From NCBI GenBank assembly GCA_008632985.1, contig QPGO01000264.1, positions 1 through 64,000 on the forward strand: a DNA stretch of 64,000 nucleotides, read 5' to 3'. Position 1 is the first letter of the stretch; every line of letters begins with the position of its first letter. Positions 34,641 through 47,433 of this stretch are shown in pieces. A program made the translations under genes and the position numbers. Source of the stretch: Psammoneis japonica (Eukaryota). The notes under the pieces were generated by a model that did no database searches, had not been told where the DNA came from, and worked only from the letters and a program-made list of their open reading frames with translations.

Positions 34641-37118
34641 AAAGTCCCGCAGGATCTTGAACTTTGTTGTTTTGCCTTGTCACTCACATTTTGCATGCAG
34701 TCATTTGTCGCAAATTAGAAAGGGACAACGTAAAAAAAACATCAATGAGGACAGTCAATGACAGAAAACATCTTCTTAGAAAATGGCGATGTGCTGCTTT
34801 TGGCCCCTGGTTGTGCCATGATGTGACACTCTTTTGTCGCACTGTTTTCAGAAAGATCCTGTTGAGCTTCTGACCAATGCCAGCAGATGGGGTTTGCGTG
34901 TTGCTCAAACAACAGGAAACCACTCTTGAAAGCTGCTGCTTGCTCCTTTTGGAAATTGAAAAAAATGACTTTCTTCCCTGGACAAGAGAGAGTAGAAAAG
35001 ACGTGCCAGTCACCACGTTCTGCAGACACCAGAGAGTGCAAACAAACAAAAAGTGTCAAGCGTTGTTGAGCAAAGTGCCCAACAATTGCACCACCAAATG
35101 CCACCCAGAGCTGGATGGAGCACGCCTTTGGGCAGTGCACACCAGACAAGGAGAAAGGATGTCTCTTGTGTGTGAGAACACAGACAGAGCTGCAAGAGCC
35201 CACACAGCAACAAAGGCAAAGGATTGACTTGTGCAGCCAATTGTGGGTGATGGCTGCTGCTCTGGCTTGCACTCTCCAACCTGGGTGCTCCCTGTCTTTT
35301 TCCCTGGAGACAGCAGGCCACTGGGCAGCTGGTTCAGAGGACAGATTCCAATGGAGAGTCAGTTTTTGGCTTGCCCGCTCATCAGGTGTTGGGTGCAAGA
35401 TCTTTTGGTTGTGCTGTGTTGCTGGCATTGTTTGATGGATGCTCCAGGTGTTTGGTTTTAGATCAGTGTGCTCTGTGGGACAGCATCATGTCCATCTGTC
35501 CTCCCATCCCTCATGGCATCAATTGTGTTGCAAGAAGTTTGGTCGTGCTTTCAAGTCCAGAAACAAGTCAGTTGCATGTTGTTTTCCCTCTCACAGCTCA
35601 CAGGATGCACCTGCAATTGCACCACACTTTGGACCACCCTGCCTTCAATTGCAGCACAACAATCTCCTTGCAAGCAGATGGGGCCAAGGGCTGGTCATCT
35701 TCAGCTGCCACCCATGCGCTGGCTGCAAAAGATTCTCTGGCATCTGCTGGAAGTTGGTGCAGCAGCAGATCTTGCACTTGCTTGGGGTGCACTTTGCTGG
35801 CCAAGAGCAAGGTTGGCTTGCCAACCATGGGATGTGTTGTTCCTTTTGCAACAACTTGCTTTTTTGTGTTTGTTGTTGCAAATGGCTGTGCGTGCCTGCT
35901 TTTGCTGCTGTCCATCTTGGCAGTCATCTTGGAGACCTCTTGCATGGCTTGTTCCTGGTGCCCTCCAAGCAGGGTCTTGCCAAACAAACTCTTGATGAAC
36001 AGCACCTGGCGCTTGTTGCACAGAAGTCAATGATCTGAATTGCTGTGGTTTTTCAAGCCTCTTGCTGCTTGCTGGCAGCCCACCCATCATGTGAACTCAC
36101 AATGTGAGGACATTGGGGAGTCATCTGAGAAAGCCCAAAGAAGCAGCTTCACAAGGGCTTGTCAAAAGGAAACTGGCAGTGGCCACCACTGAGCTTAAGC
36201 TCAAGAGCACATTGTTCAAATGTTGTTCCAAAATGTGGCAAGATGTGGGTTTTCTCCGGGGGGCAAAGTGCTGCATGTTGTGAGTGATTTTGCAGAGATT
36301 GGTTGGTTCTGCGATTCTTGGGCTCATGTGTCCTGTGGATGGTGCAGTCATTTTTTGTGCAATTGCAGCTCCCTTTGGTGTTGACCCTTTTGCCCACAAG
36401 CCCATCATGTTGCTGGCCCACAATGTTGAGCTCTGCCAACAGAGCAGTTGCACCCTGCCGGTCCTTTCCAGTTGATTGTTGACCATGAGACCAGATTTCA
36501 TCATTTGGCAAGTGCTTTGCCTGCAATGGATTCTCAAGCTGATGCTGCCACTTGTGTGTCAGTCCAATCTGTGGCAAAAGATGTTTCAAGTGGATCTTGT
36601 CAGCTTTTCCATGTCCTGTCTGTCTGCAAGGAAGTGTTGGAAAATGCAGGAGGAGGGGCGGTCTCTCATGTCAATCAGCACCATCCTCATCAATGACTGG
36701 CATGACTCTTTGGATGACAGAAGAACGTTGAACAATCACACACATGAAACTGGCTCTGTCCTTGGCTTGTTCATTGAGCACACTGAGAGTCACAAAATTC
36801 AGCCACAAGGATTCAAGCCACACACTTTCTCTCTTTCAAACCATGTGCAAGGATGGGTCTGAGATTTCATGTGGCGATGCATGATGTGAACACGGAAATG
36901 GAGCATGACAAAGCCAATTGACCCCACAATTCAATGCAAGACAGCCAGTTCAACAGTCTTGGCATGTGGCCCTTGGGCAAAGCATTGCCACCAGCAGGAA
37001 CAGCCCCAGTTGGAAACCTCTGGGCACTTTGCAATGCAGAATGCCGGGACAGACAAGCAGCTTTGAATGATGTCAGAACAACATTTTGCATGAAAAGATT
37101 GGCACTGTTGTGACATTT

Positions 37119-38294
37119 TTATTCAGGTGGGCCAATTTTGATTGAACATTTGGCAAGACATCCAGTTTGAAGAACAAAGCACCAGTTGCCAATTTCAAAT
37201 CTACCTTCTGGGCAATCAATGTCCAGCTGGCAGGGCCACCCTCGCTCTGGATTTTTCAGGTTTTGGGCACCCAAGAGTTGTCCTCCGAAACGAATGGCCA
37301 TCTTGCCAATCATTTCTGAAAAACCGTGCGTGCTGAGCACAAATCTCACTGCATGCACCATGAAACAAAAGTCTTGATTGGGGTGTTTTCCTTTGATTTG
37401 GTGTCCTGCCTCTGTGAGTCCTCTGGAGAGACAGTGTGCACAAAGTTTGCTCTGTTGCCACATTGCCACTTTGTGGGAGCCCCCCATGAGCTGGATGGTT
37501 TTGATGTCGTTGCCAGAATCCATGGCATTTTTGAACATGTCAATGCAGTCATAGACACTGAAAACAGTCTTGACCAGGCCACAATTTGGATGACCAGTGT
37601 GGCCGCCATGCAGCAGCAAATAAGAAGCATTGGCTTCAGTGCTTTGGTTGAGTTGCTTGGAGCATTCAATGACATCACCGAGCTGCAAATGAATCACCAA
37701 ATCATCCGACCCTGGTGTGTGGAAACTGTGTTGTTTTTCTTCCTTGATGACATGAAAGATTTGCTCCACAATGTCAAAATTTTCTTTGCTTTGTTGTTCT
37801 TTAATTCTTGATTGATTTGGCTTGCTGCATTGAGCCATGTCCCCGCACATGCCAGCTGTGGCATCCAAAGACGTCAAGTTGGGCAAACAGCCACCATTCT
37901 CGTCCAATGGCGTGTTGTTGCAGGTGGAGCACTGTCCAATGCAGTCACCGAGATGATGTGTGCTTCCCTGAAAGCTTTTCCCCTTGAACAGAGGATCACG
38001 GGGACTCCCATTGGCACCACGCTTGAGAATGCCCGCAAAGGGTTTGCACAGATTCTTGTCATTTTTCACCTCTGCGATGCACAGCTCGAGCCACTCTGGT
38101 GTTGGTCGAGGAGGCATTTTGATTGGAGATGGGGTTGTTGCAGTTGTTGTTGTCTGTGTCTGGGTCTCTTTGATGACAATGAGATTTGTGGGACTGAGAC
38201 TTGTGGGTGAGACGGTCGGACTGGGGTTTGAATGTGATGCATTGGTGCGCGACCAGGGAGCAGCACCAGGAGGAGAAAGCGGGCTGGAAGTCAC
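37119..38294 (-). pseudogene. Degenerate coding sequence of unknown family
   Basis: 391-codon frame with protein-like composition and a Ser/Pro/Thr-rich N-terminus, very few Tyr; no motif recognised; probably continues in broken frames toward 35000. Confidence 0.35.
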
Positions 38295-38564
38295 ATTCTC
38301 AACAGAAACCGAAACATCTTCCCTTTCATCACTTTGGGTTCACAATGATTGGAGGCGCAGTCGCAGGTGCAGTCGCAGTCACAAGTCTTCTTGAGACCGG
38401 GTCAGATGTGCCCCCAACACAAGCACGAACAGACAGCAAAAGTCAACGATTTTTGAATGGAGGTTCATGGTGACACCATCTCTTCTCAGATCAGAGAAAA
38501 ATTTGTGTTTTGCATTTTTTTGCTGTGTGTCTGGCAGAGTGGTGCACTGCAGGATGTTGAGTGT

Positions 38565-39212
38565 GCGTGCACACATTCATTTCATCTGACGAATTCATCG
38601 CAATGCATGCTTAGAGCATGTTTGTAAACATTTGTTTTCGTCTGATGAATTCATCGCAATGTGTGCTTTGAGTGTGCACACAAACATTCATTTTTGTCTG
38701 ACGAATTCATCGAAATGTGCGCATGCAGCACACACACAAACATTCATTTTCGTCTGACAAATTCATCGCAATGTGCACTGAGAGCACACACACAAACATC
38801 CATTTTCGTCTGATGAATTCATCGCAATGTGCATTTGGAGCACATGTGCAAACATTCATTTTCATCTGATGAGTTCATTGCAATGTGTGCATGGAGCACG
38901 ATCACAAACACTCATTTTTGTCTGACGAATTCATCGCAATGCACACTTAGAGCATGCATGCAAACATTGATTTTCGTCTGACAAATTCATCGCAATGTGT
39001 GTTTGGAGTGCGCACACATGCATTTGTTTTTGTCCATCAAATTCATGGTTTTTATCAGTGCATTTTCTGTGTAGAATCTAAGCACATTGCCTTTCGCTCG
39101 ATCCGTGGGAGCTCAAGCGCAACGCAGACAGCCATGAACAACGGAAAAGGGAAAAGGGCGTTTGCCTTTTTAGACCACCTGGAATGTCGCCACTGCAGCA
39201 ATCATGTCGAGC
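38565..39212 (+). repeat. 56-bp satellite array (9 units) plus conserved tail
   Basis: (G/A)A(A/G)TTCAT core at 38591, 38647, 38703, 38759, 38815, 38871, 38927, 38983, 39039; tail GAATCTAAGCACATTGCCTTTC...GGAAAAGGGAAAAGGGC. Confidence 0.95.
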
Positions 39213-39459
39213 GACAGCGCTCAATGCAATGTCAACAAAAGTGACAATGAGACGTTGTCACACCCGCAGTTGACCATCAAGAGCAGCAGCATTTGCTTCA
39301 TCCATCTCTGCAAAGCACTCCACAACAAGCTCGATTCGGTTTGACGGGTGGGATGATCTGTCACCACCATTGTGCTGCCTTGGAAATGAAGCATGAGGGC
39401 ATGACAAAGAAAAAGGATCCACAACTCTCTAGACCCTCCGGTGGAGGAGTTGGATCCTG

Positions 39460-39685
39460 AATGCAGCAAATGCATTTGCATCGCCAAAAGACAAAGCAAG
39501 GTGGTTGGGTGGTGGATTCATTGCTGGGATGCCACGCACATGACAGAGAATGGAGAGAGAGTCAAAGTGTGCGCTGTTCTGTGTTCTGTTTCACTCTCTT
39601 CTTTCACTGATGTTTTCGTTCTGATGCCCTGCTGCTTGCCCGATGTGCACAGCACTCTGCAGCAGTCATTCGCCATGGCCCCTGT
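39460..39685 (+). repeat. Dispersed repeat, second copy at about 44295-44517
   Basis: AAAGACAAAGCAAGG(T/C)GGTTGGGTGGT...GAGAATGGAGAGAGAG...CCCTGCTGCTTGCCC shared; both copies lie downstream of a 56-bp array plus tail. Confidence 0.85.
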
Positions 39686-40280
39686 GTGGTGAACAATGGT
39701 GCATCATTTTGGGCATTGCCTGGAGCTGCTCATGATGGCGGGGCATTGGAAAATGGTTTTGATGAGCTTCACAACAGTTGCAAAGAACTGCTTGAGTTAC
39801 GAGCCTTTGAGAGACAGGTCTCCACTCCTTGATGCATCCCACAAGGCTCTGAGCTGCAGGAAAACTCGTGTGCTCTTGCTTGTTCACCGCTCAAGGATGT
39901 CTTTGACTGGAATTTTTTTGGGAGTTTTTGTCATTTCTTGCACTGGTGTTCATTTTTGTCCATGGCACCTGTTGTTGCATCACAAGACTGGCTTTTGCCA
40001 TCTCTCTGCAGTGGCAGAAGACAGGTCAACAGCGCAATTCGCAGACCTGCTCTTTTGCATTAAAGAGAATCACGAGCTTGTGCCACATTGTTTGGAGCTC
40101 AACATCCAATGTCCTGTGCACGACTTCAACTCAGATGGTCCACTGAGTGGCCACACAGCCCAGACAATGCAACTCCTCTTCTCGATTGGGTCCTTGGTTA
40201 GAATCTTGTTTCAACTTCCATCAGCATGAGTTGAACTCTTGAGTTGACAAAGTTGGCCAACCAAGAACCCGGAACACAGT

Positions 40281-41750
40281 CTAACACCCTCGCCAACTCA
40301 CAATTGTCCAAAAAGCACAACAAGGCAATTGATGCATGCTGGACAAATCTGCCAATTGCTCGTTCCATTCCTCTGCAGCTGGGAATGTGCCGTCACAGTC
40401 TCCGTCATGATCACATTGAATGTCGGCAAACAGCATTGTCAACATCACCAAGAGCATTTGCAGAGGCATGCATCCAATGCCAAGCTTGCCTTGGAAAACA
40501 GCATCTCGAGCAGTGGCAAGTGCAGAGCGAATCCATTTTCCAACAGAAGCGCTGCTTCCATCACCAAAGAATGACTCACACAGCGCCTTGCCTTCTGGAA
40601 CTTGGGACTGAGAATGCACCAAGAGAGCTTCTTGCACAATTGCATCCTTGTCCATGGATCCTTGTCCATGTTGCAACTTAAAGGGGTCAAGGCATGCAGA
40701 CAAGGCAGATGCATTGGCAAGAGCCAAATTGATGCCTTGCCCAGAAACACCACCGGTGGCATGAGCTGCATCTCCACAGAGCACTGGGTTTTTGTGGTGG
40801 CAGGCATTGCACCACACTGATGCTTGAGATGCTTCTTGTCTGGACAGCTGACTGACAACTTTGTTCAGGTCAATGCCATCAAGCAAAGGGTGTTGCTCAA
40901 TGACACCCAAATCTTGAGGGTTCTTGGTGAATGTTGGATGATCCTCTTGTCTGACAGCAAACAAGATGCAACCTCCTCCATTTTGAGTTGGTTCCACAAA
41001 GGTGGTGACTCCACCCTTTTTTGGCAACGACAAGGAAACAGAGGTCGGATCTAGCATCGGCAGAATGCTGGCACACCAACAAACTTTGAGTTGTCATCAA
41101 AGGGACCCAATTTTTTAGACCTGTCTGTGTCGGCTTGACTCAAAACACACACAATTTCATTTCCAGATCGACTCATTCAACAATGGCATTAAATTCAATC
41201 AAGCACCTGTTGCCATTCTTGTGTCATTCTTCGAGTTGTTCCAAGAGTGCAGAGCACAAATCAGTTTGATCAAGCAGCAGTGATGGCTCAATGGCTTGCT
41301 GTTCTTGTCCTGTTTTGCTCCATCCAGTGCAAATTGTTTGATCAGATGTCCTTTTTCTTTAACTGCATTCCACACTGCGTTGCCAGCTTGACAAATTGCA
41401 GTTCAGCCTTGGGTTCCAATTCCCAGAGCATGAGCTCTGTTGCTTTCACCACCACCACCACCACTTTCCACCAGTCTTCTTACATCATTTTTTCTCTCCA
41501 TGATTGACGCAGAATGTCCTTGCTCCAATGACAAATGTGCCAAGAGCAAACCTGACAGACCACCACCAACAATGGCAACCTTGAGCGAGGTTGGATTTCC
41601 ATTGTCTCCATCAGTCTTGTCAGGTGTGGCGTCAAGTTGAATTTGCATCTTTTTTCCAAGAAAAGGAGCAAGAACTCCAAATGAGCAAAGTCTGATGAAA
41701 CAAGAGGGACAGGACAATGAGCGCCAATTGCCGTCACTTTAAACTCATCA
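40281..41750 (-). pseudogene. FAD-dependent monooxygenase (FAD_binding_3, kynurenine 3-monooxygenase-like), degenerate
   Basis: KVAIVGGGLSGLLLA (GxGxxG), IMER, RAHALGIG, VLCGDAAHATGGVSGQGINLALANA; frameshifts; no Tyr in either long frame. Confidence 0.8.
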
Positions 41751-42354
41751 TGGCCGACACTTCCGTGCTGTTTTCATCACACAAGATCTGAGAAAAAAGA
41801 TCATTGGAAGATGCACAGACACGGCGCAAGCTGGGCTTTGCTTTTCTGTTTGCTTGCTTGAACAAAACTTGAAAAGCTCTGTGTCAACAATGAGTCACCC
41901 AACTGATGAGTTGGACATTGCGAGAGCCACCAGAAGGAATCCCCAACAGCAATCCCTTCTCATTCCACTCACAGTTCCTTTGAACACCAAGTCATCACCA
42001 CAAGCTCTGGATCTTGCATGCCTGATCATTTTCTGGCATGCAATCCGCAATCTGCCATGCTGAGGACTCATCATGGCTCAGCACTGGGCACTGACTTGAG
42101 CACATCTTGGCCACAAATCACAGCCAATGTGCCCTTGCGGGAAGCGCTGTGCAGGTGCAATGGCCAGACATCACTCACTTCCATCAAAATGTCAAGCTGA
42201 GTGAGTTTCATCACATGTTCCATGTGTCTTCCCACAATTTCTGACTTAAATGTGCAGGATCTGGCACAAATTCCTTGAATCTTCCTGTTTGCGACGGCCA
42301 TCCCAACCCTGCCAGACTGTCGCACAAAACCAAGAATTCATTTTGAGCTGGTCA

Positions 42355-43530
42355 GAGCGTGTGTGTGCACATTTGTTTTCGTTTGTTGAGTTCATTGCAA
42401 TTTGTGTTCAGAGCACGTGTGCAAACATTCATTTTTGTCCATCAAATTCATTGCAATGTACATTGAGAGCACGGATGTGCACATTTGTTTTCGTTCATCG
42501 AATTCATTGCAATGTGTGCTTAGAGCATGCTCACAAACATTCAATTCCGTCCATCGAATTCATCGCAATGTGCGTTTGGAGTGCAAACACAAACATTTGT
42601 TTTCGTCCATCAAATTCTTTGCAGTGCATGTTTGGAGCATGGATGTGCACTTTTTTTTCGTTTGTCAAATTCATCATTTTTGTCAGTGCACTTTCTGCAT
42701 GGAATCTAAGCACATTGCCTTTCACATGATCCATGGGGGTGCAAGCACAATGCGGACAGCCATGAACAATGGAAAAGGGAAAAGGGCATTTGTCTTTTTA
42801 GACTGCCTGGAACATCATTGAAGTCATTGCAATGTGCATTCAGAGCATGCATGTAAACATGTGCTTTCATCTGTCAAATTCATTGCAATGTGCATTCAGA
42901 GAACAGACGTGCACATTTGTTTTTGTCTGTCAAATTCATTGCAACACACACTCAGAGCACAGGTGCAAACATGGATTTTCGTCTGTCGAATTCATTGCAA
43001 TGCACGTTTGGAGCACGTGTGCAGACATTTGTTTTTGTCTGTTGAATTCATGCACACATTAATTTTCATTTGTCAAATTCATCACAATGCACGTTCAGAG
43101 CAAGTGTGCAAACATTTGTTTTCATCCATCAAATTCATTGCAATGTGCACTGAGATCACTGATGTGCACATTTGTTTTCGTCTGTCAAATTCATCACAAT
43201 GAGCATTTAGAGCACGCACACAAACATGCATTTTCATCTGTCAAATTCACCACAATGTGCACTTGGAGCACGCATGCAAACATTGATTTTCGTCTGACAA
43301 ATTTGTTGCAACATGCGTTTGGAGTGCGTGTGCAAACATTTGTTTTCGTTTGTCGAATTCATCATTTTTGTCAGCACATTTTCTGCATGGAATCTAAGCA
43401 CATTGCCTTTCGCGCGATCCGTGGGAGTGCAAGTGCAATGTGGACAGCCATGAACAACGGAAAAGGGAAAAGGGCATTTCCTTTTTAGACTGCCTTGAAC
43501 ATCACTGCTGCTGCAATCATGTTGAGCTGG
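42355..43530 (+). repeat. Two more 56-bp satellite arrays, each with the same tail
   Basis: About 6 units 42355-42680 plus tail to about 42815; about 10 units 42820-43365 plus tail to about 43530. Confidence 0.92.
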
Positions 43531-43989
43531 AGTGCATCAATCTGCAGTTTGAGCACTTTGCCAAAAATGCCGCATGGCTTGCATTTGTGACTGCACAACA
43601 AAAGCACAAGACAACAATCAACTCACCAGTTTTCGCAGTCAACCATGCTTCCATTCACTGTCTGAAACTGCAGATTGTGGTCAATCAGAGTTGTTCACTG
43701 CACCAACCGGCGTCGTCATTGTTTGACAAAAGCCATTGAAAATGGGAGATGAGTGCACCATGGTGTGTTGCCCATTTTTTTGTTGCGGCGATTGTCTGCG
43801 TCTGGTGCATGGCTCCTTGCATCCCCGCATGCAGAAGGCACAGAGGTGCACAAGAAGGGAAGCACAGGGAATTGCCAACACACCAATTTGCTTTCATGGG
43901 CTGAGCATGCATGCAACGAGGTGGCATTTGCGGCAATTCCCCAGGAAATCATGATTCCCATGGAAGACAGGCTGGGTGGCATTTTTTTT

Positions 43990-44290
43990 TACATTGGGCC
44001 CGCAGAATTCTATGTGCGAGCTCCTCAGCACAAGAGTTTGGTTGATGGGATGGGTTCCAGCCCCAGGTGGGACTTTTTGTGACAACTGGCCCACAGAATT
44101 CTACGTGCGAGCTCTGTGGCAACATTGTGCAGTGATTAAAATGCAAATGATTGCCAACAGAAAAAGAGGCAATTTTGCAAATGCATCTCCTCCTCCACAC
44201 TTGAAGTGCATTGTTTGCATTGTGCCCGGGTGTGCACTCATGTTGTCATGAGTGCAGAAAATGAAAAGCCTTTGGCTTCGAAAAACATGC
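43990..44290 (+). mobile_element. Old, mutated partial copy of the 3789-4184 MITE family
   Basis: GGGTTCCAGCCCCAGGTGGGACTTTTTGTGACA...AGAATTCTACGTGCGAGCTC...GCCAACAGAAAAAGAGGCAATTTTGC...CATCTCCTCCTCCACACTTGAAGT...GAAAGCC/GAAAAGCCTTTGGCTTCG. Confidence 0.85.
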
Positions 44291-44770
44291 CTGAGTGCAG
44301 CACATGCATTTGTGTTGCCCAAAGACAAAGCAAGGCGGTTGGGTGGTAGATTTGTTGCTGGGATGCCGCACACATGATGGAGAATGGAGAGAGAGTTGAA
44401 GCATGCATTGTTCCATGCTCCACTTCAATCTCTTCTTTCACCAACATTTTCGTTCTGACACCCTGCTGCTTGCCCAACATGCGCAGTGCTCTCTGGCAGT
44501 CATTCACTGTGATCCCAATGGTTGTTGAGGGTCAACACTTTGACAGCTTGGTTTGGTGTCATCGGGCTGTGGCTGACCCTCGACTGCTGCATGCAGAACC
44601 CGCATCTTCCCATCACTTTTTGGAAGTTTGGTGCTGGCACCCAAGCAAAAAGAAAGCAATCTTCATTCCACTGCAGCAGCAACACTCCCTGCAATGAACG
44701 GCACTGAATGCAAGGTGAGAGGTGCTGCACTTTGCACAGTCCAAACTTGCTTCATCATTGTCGGGGAGGG

Positions 44771-46623
44771 TTTTTATGCCATGGTGTTGGAGCACATTTT
44801 AGAGTGGGAGGGAAGAGAGGAGGAGAAAAAAAGAAAGAAAAAGAAAGAAGAGAAAAGGAAAGAGAAAGAGGGAGAGAAGAGACTCTGCTTTTTCTTCCAG
44901 CAACAAAGGCACTCAAAAGCATTTGTTTTGTGGATGTCAGCATCACACTTCTAACCTCCATTTTAGAAGCTCTTTTGCTCAGGAGCTTGAGACTGTTTTG
45001 GATGTTTGTGGAAGCAGCTTTGGAGCTCAAAGTTCAGCACGTGTGTGGGGCTGCCAGAAAATCGTGTGTGCAATTTGTGCGGAGCCATGCGCACCAGAAT
45101 TGAGCAAAAAAGGCTTTCGTCACTTCCTTTCAGCCAATCAGAGCCCAGTCTGAGTAAAAGATGTTTCCCCTCAGCCAATCAGAAGTCATCATGTCTGCCA
45201 CACGTCAGTTTGAGCCTGGAGTGACCTTGCTTGTGCCAGTTGTTCAATTTTTTGTGTAAATTCATTTGCATCTGAAGACAAAGTTTAAACTCAGCATTGC
45301 TCTCATCACTTTCAAGAAGCAAACAGCAAACCATCACCATCATCATCTTCATTGTTTGGGTGTTGCTGCAATCTGGAATGCCTCCATTTCCAGTGGACTG
45401 AAGTGGAGGCATGATGTGTCATTGCAACAATGATTCAATGATGGCAATGGAGCTGTGGTGCATTGTTGTCTTTGATGAACAACACGTGGCCGATTGACAT
45501 GTTGCATGTTTTTTTTTTCTCTCCTTGTTTTCCCGTTGTGTGCTGTCACATTTTCTGAATTGTCTGTTGAACCTTTTTCTCTGCAGCACCCCAACAATTT
45601 CTTTTCAGCTCTTGCCAAAATGCCACATGTGTCCCAGGAAAGCACTTTTGGTGCTTCTTTGCTTCGAAATGGCAGACGATTTTGGCAGCATGTGATGCCG
45701 GCACGGTGGAGAGAGTGTTGCCAGCAACAACTTGCCTGATGAACCACAAGAGATCTCACGGATGATGCACATTCAAGCCACAGTCAATTGATGTGACTGA
45801 TGAAAGAAAGCATTTTGGAATCTTCTTGTGACCAGAGAATGGCAAGACAACTCGACCAAAGATGGTGTGGTTCTCTGTGTCCACATGTTTTCCCTGCAAC
45901 AGCAGTTTTTTGCTCATGCCACATCCTTGCAAGGAAGCAAAGATGGACATTGCACCCAGCCAGCGTGTTCCAGACAATGTTCAAAGTGATGGATTGCCAA
46001 GGTGAGGCTTGTTCTACAGCAAGTCAAAGTGAATTTCCGGTTTGGCCTCATTTGCTGCAGTTTTCTAAAATTCTTGGTGTGCTTGCAAACATGACTGGTG
46101 CACTCCAGGAAAAACCCACACACTGGGGTTCAAGCTCTCAAGCAAAAGATCCAGCAGCATGAACTGTGAGCCTTCAGCAATGCTTTTTCTCCCCCCGCTT
46201 TTGTCAACGTGGGAATCAGCATCATGTGCACCATTTCATCATGCAAATTTTTGCTGCATCATGGTCGCCACCAGCATGTCACAATGGAGGGAAGTTTTGT
46301 GTTTGCTTGGATCTGCTCTCTTCCATCCCACAGAACCCATGACGGCCACTCTGAAAATGTGGTCCACCCTTGTCACAATTTGGTTTGTTTTGAACAGTCT
46401 CCTCACTTGGTTTGTTTTTTCTAATTTTGTGGTGCATTGATCTCACCGCTGAAAGATTTGTTGCTGACGCAAGCATGAGAGGTTAATTTTGGAGCTTCTG
46501 ATTGGCTGAATCCATGCATTTTTTAACAACTGTGCAGTTTTTGCATGAGCCTCTCAAAGCAAATTCCACATGCATGAGTGTGAGCTCTCATTCAAAAGAT
46601 CCAGCAACATGTGTCATGAGCCC
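44771..46623 (-). mobile_element. Non-autonomous Dada-like element(s)
   Basis: 3'-type end at 44771 (TTTTTATGCCATGGTGTTGGAGCACATTTTAGA plus purine tract, homologous to 24570-24856); 5'-type ends at 46172 and 46623 (AAAAGATCCAGCA(A/G)CAT...TGAGCC). Confidence 0.65.
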
Positions 46624-47127
46624 AGACTGGTTTTTGTGCCATGTTGCTGGAGTGCATTTTAGACCAAGAGGGAAGAGAGAAGGAGAAAAAGGAAAGAAAA
46701 AGAAAGAAGGGAAAAGAAAAGAGAAAAAAGAGAAAAGAGACTCTGCTGTTTCCCGCTGCAACAAAAGCATTCAAAAATGCTTTGTTTTGTGGACACTGGC
46801 ATTCCATTTTCAAATTTTAGGTCAATTGTGGAGCTCAACCTGAGTCCACAATGTTTTTTCTACAAGAAATGCGCGTGTGCCTTTGCACCAGAGAATGTGT
46901 GGGGAACTGATTGAAAAACTGCATCACGCACATCCCCTCAGCCAATCAGAGCCAAGCATTTTTTAAAAATTGTGTCACACCTTCAATGGGGCTTGTCCTT
47001 TGGGATTCCTTGTTCCTTTTTTTGCCTCATGACCCTGACTCACATGGCTCCCAATGAACACACAAATTTTAATCCCAACCCACATTGGCGCCATTGGATG
47101 TTGAACATGCAAGTTAAGTTCAAATGT

Positions 47128-47433
47128 CAGTTTTTCATGTCACTAACTGCAGGCATTCAACACACATTTTTCATCCACATTTGAGATGTTCCATGTGTTT
47201 TTTGTGGTCCTGCATGACCTGAGAATCTCCCTCGTGAGAATCATCACAAAAACCAGGCCATGACAGCGGCAACAGGTGGCCAGTTTTTCACATCACTAAC
47301 TTCAGGCATTCAACACACGTTTTTTATCTACATTTAAGATGTTCCATGTTTTTTTTACAGTCCTGCACGAGCTGAGAATCTCCCTCATGAGAATCATCAC
47401 AAAAACCAGGCCATGACAGTGGCAACAGGCAGT
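47128..47433 (+). repeat. 153-bp tandem duplication
   Basis: 47128-47280 versus 47281-47433. Confidence 0.92.

Noticed and set aside
38565..43530. 56-bp periodic repeats as a CRISPR array
   Set aside because: Whole units are homologous with no unique spacers, no cas genes are present, and the context is eukaryotic
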